The notes beneath the pieces are model-generated. The model was not told where the DNA came from, did no database searches, and worked only from the letters and a program-made list of their open reading frames with translations. A DNA stretch of 32,000 bases from Bacteroidota bacterium (GTDB lineage: Bacteria > Bacteroidota > Bacteroidia > Chitinophagales > Saprospiraceae). The position numbers and the translations under genes are program-made. Of the stretch, positions 18,444 to 25,474 are shown piece by piece (positions within the stretch are counted from its first letter, which is position 1; the number at the start of each line of letters is the position of its first letter). The DNA lies in contig JBCBWU010000026.1 in the NCBI GenBank assembly GCA_039816955.1, forward strand, positions 4,089 through 36,088, given 5' to 3'.

Positions 18444-19564
18444 GCAATGACCAGGACCAACATCTCCAGAAATGGCGCCTGATTCTGGGTGCTAAGGCAG
18501 ACCCCGATGGGGAAGTGGATATGGGGGAGGAGATGCGAGGTATGAGTGATACGCTCGACGTGCTCTACGACAGTGAAAAAAAAGGAGGCCTGGGAGCCTC
18601 TGCTCCTAATGTAAATCGATGGTTAGGCGATATTCGCCGCTATTTCCCTAGTCCTGTGGTGCAGATCATGCAACGCGATGCCCTGGATAAACTAGGCCTG
18701 GACCGGATGCTGCTAGAGCCAGAGTTGTTGTCCTCGGTAGTGCCGGATGTTCATTTGGTGGGCACCTTGCTCAGCTTATCGAAAATCTTGCCGGATCGAA
18801 GCCGGGAAACGGCTCGCCAGCTGGTACGGCAGGTGACGGAGGACTTAGAAAAGCGACTACGGCAACCTCTCTTGCAAGCCGTGCGCGGAAGCCTGCATCG
18901 TGCTGCCCGTACGCGCCGTCCCCGTCCGGGTGATATTGATTGGCGACAGACCATTCAGAGAAATCTCAAACATTACCAGCCTGAGTTTAAGAGTATTATT
19001 CCGGTGGAGCTGCGGGGCTACGCTCGCCGTCAGCATCAATTGCGGCATCTGGTATTGTTGATAGATCAAAGTGGCTCCATGGCCGAAAGTGTAGTGTACG
19101 CCGGAGTGATCAGTTGTATTATGGCCAGTCTGCGCAGCATTCGCACCCAGGTCATTGCTTTTGATACCAGCGTAGTAGATCTTACGGAGCATTTGCATGA
19201 TCCTGTTGATTTACTCTTCGCAACTCAACTAGGAGGTGGCACCGATATCAATCGAGTGCTGACCTACGCTGAAGGCATTGTAAGCCACCCGCAGGATACC
19301 ATTATGATCTTGCTGAGTGATTTGTTTGAAGGGGGCAATCCTGCCGAAATGTTCCAGCGCATAGCGCGTCTGCAAGCTAGTGGCGTACAATTCATCAGCT
19401 TGCTGGCACTGAGTGACGAGGGTGTGGGCTCTTACGATCACGGTCACGCTCAGCAGTTGGTGGAAATGGGTATTCCTGCTTTTGCCTGTACACCAGATCA
19501 ATTTGCGGAGGTGATGGCCGCAGCGATTCAGAAAGAGTCGCTCTCACGTTTCAAAATGGGCTAG
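18440..19564 (+). CDS. VWA (von Willebrand factor A) domain protein, CoxE/YehP-like
   Basis: 374 aa. The N-terminal WRLILG motif region is followed by a VWA domain with a complete MIDAS set: DQSGSM (DxSxS), GGGTD (Thr) and LLSDLFEG (Asp). Its ATG overlaps the upstream stop codon (ATGA at 18440-18443). Confidence 0.8.
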   Translation: MSNDQDQHLQKWRLILGAKADPDGEVDMGEEMRGMSDTLDVLYDSEKKGGLGASAPNVNRWLGDIRRYFPSPVVQIMQRDALDKLGLDRMLLEPELLSSVVPDVHLVGTLLSLSKILPDRSRETARQLVRQVTEDLEKRLRQPLLQAVRGSLHRAARTRRPRPGDIDWRQTIQRNLKHYQPEFKSIIPVELRGYARRQHQLRHLVLLIDQSGSMAESVVYAGVISCIMASLRSIRTQVIAFDTSVVDLTEHLHDPVDLLFATQLGGGTDINRVLTYAEGIVSHPQDTIMILLSDLFEGGNPAEMFQRIARLQASGVQFISLLALSDEGVGSYDHGHAQQLVEMGIPAFACTPDQFAEVMAAAIQKESLSRFKMG

Positions 19565-19570
19565 TAGTTT

Positions 19571-19981
19571 ATGCGCGCTTCTGGGGCATTACTGCCGGAG
19601 GAAATCGAATTTATTGAGTCTGGTGGGGGACAGCTGCTATTCATTCCGATGGGAGAACATGGACAAATCTTTGAAGATGAGTACCAGGAGCAGGTGGCAG
19701 CATTCATTCGTGGTGATCAGTTGATAAGTAGTACGGTTCCTGCCCCCTTGAGTACACGGGCCCGAATCTACCCAACCGTGGCAACTGATTGGGCCCTGCT
19801 GGAAGCCGATCAAGTGTGTACCGCCCTGATTTTTGATAGCACAGGGAGGTTAGTCTATGAAGCAGTTCATGTAAATAGACAAACCAGGATAGACGTTTCC
19901 CGATTTAATAGTGGTTACTATTATGTGGTCTTACACTCAGCGGTTGCTTCGCAGACCATAAGTCGCTTTATCGTACGTTAA
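19571..19981 (+). CDS. small protein with a T9SS C-terminal sorting domain-like tail but no signal peptide
   Basis: 136 aa. The C-terminal ~70 aa (IYPTVATDWALLEA..ALIFDSTGRLVYEAV..RIDVSRFNSGYYYVVLHS..ISRFIVR) follow the Por-secretion-tail pattern: YPNP-like start, v.D..Gr.v, idvs.l..G.Y.v, and a terminal basic residue. The N-terminus MRASGALLPEEIEFIESGGG is not hydrophobic. Confidence 0.55.
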   Translation: MRASGALLPEEIEFIESGGGQLLFIPMGEHGQIFEDEYQEQVAAFIRGDQLISSTVPAPLSTRARIYPTVATDWALLEADQVCTALIFDSTGRLVYEAVHVNRQTRIDVSRFNSGYYYVVLHSAVASQTISRFIVR

Positions 19982-19989
19982 AGTCAAGT

Positions 19990-20988
19990 TTAGATAACCT
20001 TAAGCACCAACTTCCCTTTCTTCTCTCCACTAAACAACCGAAGAAATGTAGGATGGAAATTCTCGATTCCCTCGTAGACATCCTCTTTTGACTTGAGTTT
20101 ACCTTGCATCATCCACTGCCCCATTTCCATGGCGGCTTTTCCGTAGCCTTTGGCGTAATCCATGACCACCATGCCTTGCATAGTAGCGCGGTTGACTAGA
20201 AGTGAGAGGTAGTTGCTAGGACCTTGAATTTTATCGGTATTGTTGTACTGCGAGATGGCACCACAAATTACCACCCGAGCGTGCATGCGCAAACGGGCAA
20301 GGGCCATGTCCAGAATATCGCCACCAACATTGTCGAAGTACACATCAATGCCCTTTGGGCAGTGTTCTTTCAAGGCGCGACCAACATTTTCGTTCTTGTA
20401 GTCAATGGCGGCATCAAAGCCCAGTTCTTCCGTTAGATATTGACATTTTTCCGGTCCACCGGCAATGCCTACAACTGTACAGCCTTTGATTTTAGCAATC
20501 TGCCCAACCACACTACCTACCGCACCGGCTGCTCCTGAAACTAGCACGATATCTCCTTCTGTGATCTTACCCACCTCTAGGATACCAAAATAGGCAGTCA
20601 TACCTGGCATGCCGAGGGTGCCGATGTAGGCGGTCATTGGGGCTAAGCTAGCGTCCACTTTGTACCAATTGGTGCCGTCCGTTAGACAGTATTCTTGTAC
20701 GCCACCCCAGCCGGAAACCACGTCTCCTTCTTGGAATTTATCGTGTTTTGAAGCGACTACTTCGCCGATGGAGCCGGCGCGCATGACTGCTCCTAACTCA
20801 ATGGGAGGGATGTAGGAACGGGTAGCATTCATCCAACCGCGCATGGCGGGGTCGAGGGAGATGTAGTGATGGCGTACAAGCAGTTGGCCATCTTCGAGTT
20901 CTGGTACCGCTGTTTCTTCTAGGCTCCAGGTATCTGCTTCGGGTAAGCCTACGGGGCGTTTGCGGAGGATGAGTTGCTTATTGGTCAT
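19990..20988 (-). CDS. NADP-dependent oxidoreductase, zinc-independent medium-chain dehydrogenase/reductase (YncB/CurA/PTGR1-like)
   Basis: 332 aa with LRKRPVGLP..YISLDPAMRGWM at the N-terminus. It has the Rossmann motif GAAGAVGSVVGQIAK and the GKLVLKV tail typical of this MDR subgroup. Confidence 0.85.
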   Translation of the reverse strand: MTNKQLILRKRPVGLPEADTWSLEETAVPELEDGQLLVRHHYISLDPAMRGWMNATRSYIPPIELGAVMRAGSIGEVVASKHDKFQEGDVVSGWGGVQEYCLTDGTNWYKVDASLAPMTAYIGTLGMPGMTAYFGILEVGKITEGDIVLVSGAAGAVGSVVGQIAKIKGCTVVGIAGGPEKCQYLTEELGFDAAIDYKNENVGRALKEHCPKGIDVYFDNVGGDILDMALARLRMHARVVICGAISQYNNTDKIQGPSNYLSLLVNRATMQGMVVMDYAKGYGKAAMEMGQWMMQGKLKSKEDVYEGIENFHPTFLRLFSGEKKGKLVLKVI

Positions 20989-21060
20989 GGCTTGATGGTT
21001 AAGAGGTTATTTGAATGTGTTCAAATTTCGACCTAAGGTAGCTTTTACTAGCGTGAAAAC

Positions 21061-21087
21061 AAAAAAGCCCCTGCTGTACACAGGGGC
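21061..21087 (-). terminator. rho-independent terminator (minus strand)
   Basis: GC-rich stem gcccctg (21067-21073) / caggggc (21081-21087) with a 7-nt loop. On the minus strand it is followed by TTTTTT (21061-21066) and then gttttc. Confidence 0.7.
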
Positions 21088-21468
21088 TCAACAAATGTGC
21101 TAGTATACCGCTTACGAAGTGGTTTGCCCTTTGGCAAACGACTTCTCGCGAGTATATACTCGAGGCGAAGATGTTTTGGCTTCCCAAAACTCTTCGGCCT
21201 CGGTATATAAAAATCCCAAACTGGTGCGTCCACGCACCCGACTGTTACTTACTTCAGGTTTACCTTAATCAGTTACCTCAAAATCGTTTAGTACACCAGT
21301 AAACCTTCTGGTAGAATGTAGTAGGTAGAAAGTAGAAGGACACTTACTTCTTTCTACTCCTCGCCTGCCATAGTACTTTGTACGGGCGCCTGCGCCAGAG
21401 GCTATGCCGACGGTGCGCGGGCAGGTTTACTCTCTACAGGTAAGGCTGGTTGCAACCTTATCTTCTTA
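21061..21468 (-). ncRNA. candidate structured RNA or long structured 3' region downstream of hsp20 (unclassified)
   Basis: About 400 nt with no credible ORF, closed by the terminator above. It holds consecutive strong hairpins: 21116-21145 (12 bp), 21161-21203 (18 bp, tetraloop) and 21223-21238 (7 bp). It also has a 14-bp palindrome (21149-21162) and an 8-nt three-way alternative pairing set. I found no RNase P, tmRNA, SRP or 6S signature. Confidence 0.3.
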
Positions 21469-21864
21469 CTACTCGACAGTCACCTCCCGACGTTGGGTGA
21501 CTTTGTCTTCGTGCTTAGGCAGGACGATGGTGAGAATTCCAGCATCGTAGCTGGCGCTAATGGCCTCGCTATTGATTTTGTCACTCAGCTGGAAGCTGCG
21601 CTCAAAATCGCGGAAGCGGAATTCGCGTTTTTGCCATTGTCCTTCTTCTTCGCTGCTAGCGGGAGCGGAGGCGTGGATCGTCAATACATCATTAGCGATG
21701 TCTAAGCGAAAGTCCTCACGGGTGCGGCCCACAGCAATTAAGTAAATTTCGTAACGGTCATCCATTTCGCGAATGCTAACCTGCGCACCTGGGCGGCGCA
21801 TTCCTGGGTGACGGTGACCATAGTGGCGGCCGTGGCCGCGGTGATATTTCATTCCTCTACACAT
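21469..21864 (-). CDS. Hsp20/alpha-crystallin family small heat-shock protein with a His/Arg/Gly-rich N-terminus
   Basis: Alpha-crystallin domain: DDRYEIYLIAVGRTREDFRLDIANDVLTI..FERSFQL..ISASYDAGILTIVLPK. The start is either 21864 (MCRGM) or 21852 (MKYHRGHGRHYGHRHPG). Confidence 0.85.
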   Translation of the reverse strand: MCRGMKYHRGHGRHYGHRHPGMRRPGAQVSIREMDDRYEIYLIAVGRTREDFRLDIANDVLTIHASAPASSEEEGQWQKREFRFRDFERSFQLSDKINSEAISASYDAGILTIVLPKHEDKVTQRREVTVE

Positions 21865-22036
21865 AGTTTGTTAAGTTTGATTTGAGTAAATAGTGGAGCA
21901 GTGTCAGCTATACACTAAATGATAGTAAGCTTGAATACTCAGGAGTTTGAGAGTGGAAGCCTGAAGCTGGAAAGGAACAATTCACTCCTGGCCTCCGACA
22001 CTCTCCTATATTTCTGACTTCCTATTTTTAATTATT

Positions 22037-22312
22037 CTACAGTACCCGAATAGTCCGATACTTGTAGAGTCCGTCTTCCGTTAATTCCGGAAAGGCTTGT
22101 ACCGCTGGATAACTGTACCCTGTATGGGCATGTTCTGTGCCAAAACGGTGCTGGTGCCAGCGACCGTAACGGACTCTTTTCAGTTTACGCATGAAGAAGG
22201 CAAAGACCGCCAGCCCCAGTGCGAAGAAGAGCCCAGCCACCAAAAGCTTGGCAAAAAGAAAGAACAATACTACCCCTGCCGCGAACGACAGAGCGCCGAA
22301 TACAACGCGCAT
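22037..22312 (-). CDS. small hypothetical membrane protein (two predicted TM helices)
   Basis: 91 aa. It has two hydrophobic stretches (VVFGALSFAAGVVLFFLFAKLLV and GLFFALGLAVFAFF) followed by a basic/His-rich tail (RKLKRVRYGRWHQHRFGTEHAH). No family is recognised. Confidence 0.5.
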   Translation of the reverse strand: MRVVFGALSFAAGVVLFFLFAKLLVAGLFFALGLAVFAFFMRKLKRVRYGRWHQHRFGTEHAHTGYSYPAVQAFPELTEDGLYKYRTIRVL

Positions 22313-22627
22313 AATCGTGTGATTTTGGGCAGCAGTCAGGTGTGATGCTGTACTGCTGTGTGGTTATTAAACTTGCCTGCTGTAGTTTTCAGCAGTGCTT
22401 TCAATAAGGTAGACGGGTGAGGGGGAGAATTACTTTAAGGAGAAGGAAGATTTTTTGAAGAAAAAATAAAAATGAGTCTTAATTATCTGGTTATCAGTTG
22501 ATTGTTTTTAAATTTTTTCTGAAAAATTGACTCATTTGTATAAACACGTTAACACATAGACGCATTAATACCAAAATTTTCCCACCCCCAAGCAACCCCT
22601 CTTGCACCAAGAAACAGTACTTAGAAG

Positions 22628-23650
22628 CTAGTCCCAACTCAAAATCACCTTCCCACAGTTCTTTTCCTCCATCACATCAAAACCCTTTTGGAAGTCATCA
22701 ATATGGAAGCGGTGTGTGATCATGGGTGAAAGGTCGAGGCCAGACATGAGCATCTGCTCCATGAAGTACCAAGTTTCGTACATCTCTCGGCCGTATATGC
22801 CTTTTAGAGTCAGCCCCTTAAAGATGATTTTGTTCCAGTCTACATTTGTGTCCTTAGGTAAAATGCCTAGGAGTGATACTTTACCAGAGTTGTACATATG
22901 GTCAATCAACTGATTGAAGGCTGGTGGAGCTCCGGAGCATTCTAATCCGATATCAAATCCGCGAATACCCAGTTTCTGCATCACCTCGTCTAGACTTTCT
23001 TCTATAGGATTGACCACCTGAGTGGCTCCCATTTTTTGGGCGAGGGTAATCCGATACGGGCTGGTTTCGGTGGCAATGACATAACGAGCACCGGCAAACT
23101 TAGCTATCGCAATGGCCATGCTACCAATGAGCCCAGCTCCAGTGATGAGTACGTCCTCACCAATTAAAGGAAAGGATAGCGCGGTATGTGTAGCGTTTCC
23201 AAAAGGATCCATGATGGCCATGATCTCATCCGGAATGCTCTCATTTATTTTCATGACATTGGAGGCCGGAACTTTTAAATATTCCGCGAAAGCGCCATTG
23301 ATATTCACACCCACACCTAGTGTATTCTCGCAGATGTGCTTTCGTCCACGACGGCAGTTGCGACAGTGATTGCAGGCAATATGACCCTCGCTAGTGACCC
23401 GGTCCCCTTCTTTAAATTCTTTGACCAATGAGCCCACTTTAGCTACGTGGCCCATGTATTCGTGGCCAATGGTAAGGCCGATTGGAATGGTTTGTTGGGC
23501 CCAGTGGTCCCAAAGATAGATGTGCAAATCGGTGCCGCAGATGGCGGTTTTTGACACTTTGATCAGTACTTCATCGTGTCCAACTTCGGGCATGGGGACA
23601 TCCTGCAGCCATATCCCTTTTTCGGACTTAGCTTTGACTAATGCCTTCAT
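22628..23650 (-). CDS. tdh: L-threonine 3-dehydrogenase
   Basis: Near-collinear with E. coli Tdh from [15 protein letters not shown] to GKVILSWD. Shared segments include [32 protein letters not shown] and GAGLIG. The ORF extends 8 codons upstream to 23674, but MKAL at 23650 matches the family N-terminus. Confidence 0.95.
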   Translation of the reverse strand: MKALVKAKSEKGIWLQDVPMPEVGHDEVLIKVSKTAICGTDLHIYLWDHWAQQTIPIGLTIGHEYMGHVAKVGSLVKEFKEGDRVTSEGHIACNHCRNCRRGRKHICENTLGVGVNINGAFAEYLKVPASNVMKINESIPDEIMAIMDPFGNATHTALSFPLIGEDVLITGAGLIGSMAIAIAKFAGARYVIATETSPYRITLAQKMGATQVVNPIEESLDEVMQKLGIRGFDIGLECSGAPPAFNQLIDHMYNSGKVSLLGILPKDTNVDWNKIIFKGLTLKGIYGREMYETWYFMEQMLMSGLDLSPMITHRFHIDDFQKGFDVMEEKNCGKVILSWD

Positions 23651-23849
23651 ATTTGTCAACTGGTTGTATACCAAGGCCTAAGCGATTTGGAAATCCAAAC
23701 TGCTTCGTCAGTGGTATTTTTGGTTAAGGGCAAATTTTGCTCAAAGGTATTTTCTTCCATTAAGCCTTGCAACAGAAGCAGCAATTGGCGGACAAGTTTG
23801 TAATTTTACGCGGCCTAACCGAATACTCAAATTAAAGCAACGTAGAGCA

Positions 23850-25040
23850 ATGTATACCGATTTTCAGCAGCATTTAAAAGACGAGCTAGTAGCCATCACC
23901 GAAGCTGGTCTTTACAAGAACGAGCGTATCATCGTTTCGCCACAAGGAGCAGAAGTAACTTTGGATTCAGGACAAACCGTCCTTAATTTTTGTGCAAATA
24001 ATTACTTAGGGCTCTCCAATAATCCACAGTTAGTAGAATCGGCGAAAGCCGCTTTGGATTCTCATGGTTACGGAATGTCTTCCGTGCGTTTCATATGTGG
24101 CACCACGGATATCCACCGCCAGCTGGAGCGAAAAATTGCTGAGTTTTTTGGCACGGAGGATACTATCCTTTACGCCGCCTGCTTTGACGCCAATGGTGGT
24201 GTCTTCGAGCCACTCTTGACTAAAGAGGATGCTATCATCTCCGACTCTTTAAACCACGCTTCCATTATCGACGGGGTACGCCTCTGCAAAGCTGCTCGCT
24301 ACCGCTTCAAAACGGCTGATATGGAAGATTTGGAGCAACAGCTCATCAAAGCTCAGGAGCAGCGCTTCCGCCTGATTGTCACGGATGCCGTCTTTTCTAT
24401 GGATGGTCACGTAGCACCCTTGGACAAGATTGTTGAGCTGGCCAATAAGTACAACGCCATGGTCATGATCGATGAGTGCCATTCGGCCGGCGTAGTAGGT
24501 GAGACTGGTAGAGGAGTAACTGAGCTATACGATATGCTGGGGCAGGTGGAGATTATTACTGGCACCTTGGGTAAAGCCTTTGGCGGTGCTATCGGCGGCT
24601 TTACAACTGGTAAAAAAGAGATCATTGACATCCTGCGCCAACGCAGCCGTCCTTACCTATTCTCTAATTCTATCCCCCCACTCATCGCTGCTGCCGGCAT
24701 TGAGATGATCGATATGATGAATGCTTCCAACGGCCTAATGAATAAGCTACGGGAGAATATTGCCCACTTTAACCAGGGCATGCAAGCAGCTGGCTTTGAT
24801 ATGAAGCCTACTCAATCTGCAATTTGCGCCGTCATGCTGTATGATGCGAAGCTATCGCAGGAGTTTGCCGCCAAGCTGCTAGAGGAAGGTATTTACGTGA
24901 TCGGTTTCTATTACCCGGTAGTGCCCAAAGAGCAGGCCCGTATCCGTGTCCAGTTGTCTGCGGCTCACGAGCGCGAGCATTTGGATAAGGCGATTGCGGC
25001 CTTTACGAAGGTGGGTAAAGAGTTGGGGGTAATTGATTAA
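23850..25040 (+). CDS. kbl: glycine C-acetyltransferase (2-amino-3-ketobutyrate CoA ligase)
   Basis: 396 aa, collinear with E. coli Kbl. Shared segments are NFCANNYLGL, SVRFICGT, FDANGG, AIISDSLNHASIIDGVRLCKA, DAVFSMDG and the PLP-Lys region GTLGKA. It is divergent from tdh. Confidence 0.95.
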   Translation: MYTDFQQHLKDELVAITEAGLYKNERIIVSPQGAEVTLDSGQTVLNFCANNYLGLSNNPQLVESAKAALDSHGYGMSSVRFICGTTDIHRQLERKIAEFFGTEDTILYAACFDANGGVFEPLLTKEDAIISDSLNHASIIDGVRLCKAARYRFKTADMEDLEQQLIKAQEQRFRLIVTDAVFSMDGHVAPLDKIVELANKYNAMVMIDECHSAGVVGETGRGVTELYDMLGQVEIITGTLGKAFGGAIGGFTTGKKEIIDILRQRSRPYLFSNSIPPLIAAAGIEMIDMMNASNGLMNKLRENIAHFNQGMQAAGFDMKPTQSAICAVMLYDAKLSQEFAAKLLEEGIYVIGFYYPVVPKEQARIRVQLSAAHEREHLDKAIAAFTKVGKELGVID

Positions 25041-25048
25041 TGCTCATT

Positions 25049-25465
25049 TTAGAGTAACGAACTGATATAATTTAGGTATCCAGTTTTACCATTGTTCTTT
25101 CGCCAGAATTTGACGGACTTTAGAAGAATTTTTAGGCAAGTAGCATAGAACGATGGAAGAGAAGGAATAGGATTTCCGTTAGGTCGAATATCAGGATTGT
25201 TGATGAACGAGAGGTCCGCTTCTATTTCCTCTCGTTCATCAATGATGTTCAGAATTTCATCTATTAGCACCTGCCGGCGTTCAATTGTAGATAAGGGTTC
25301 TTCAGGAGCCTTTCCCTTGGCAACGAGCTGAAAATAGGTTGTGAGTCGGTCAAGTGCAAAAGCAACGTCATCGTCTTTTAATTGCGTAAATTCTTCCCTA
25401 ACTATTAGTACAACAGTTTCAATGGATTGCATGAAGGCTTGTTGATAAAAGGCAGGCTCTTTCAT
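25049..25465 (-). CDS. hypothetical protein
   Basis: 138-aa ORF starting 9 nt after the mnmE stop on the same strand. No family is recognised. It is acidic and probably helical, with no signal peptide. Confidence 0.45.
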   Translation of the reverse strand: MKEPAFYQQAFMQSIETVVLIVREEFTQLKDDDVAFALDRLTTYFQLVAKGKAPEEPLSTIERRQVLIDEILNIIDEREEIEADLSFINNPDIRPNGNPIPSLPSFYATCLKILLKSVKFWRKNNGKTGYLNYISSLL

Positions 25466-25474
25466 TAGTATTAG

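Noticed and set aside
20999-21233. Two 61-62-aa minus-strand ORFs in the hsp20-oxidoreductase intergenic region
   Set aside because: They overlap each other, run through strong hairpins and the terminator stem, and have low-complexity or odd composition with no family resemblance. The region is better explained as structured RNA.
22468-22537. A 9-bp inverted repeat aaatgagtc ... gactcattt separated by 50 bp in the AT-rich tdh/membrane-protein intergenic region
   Set aside because: The arms are short, in very AT-rich sequence, and the spacer is too long for a simple operator or terminator. It is possibly promoter-region architecture but not distinguishable from chance.
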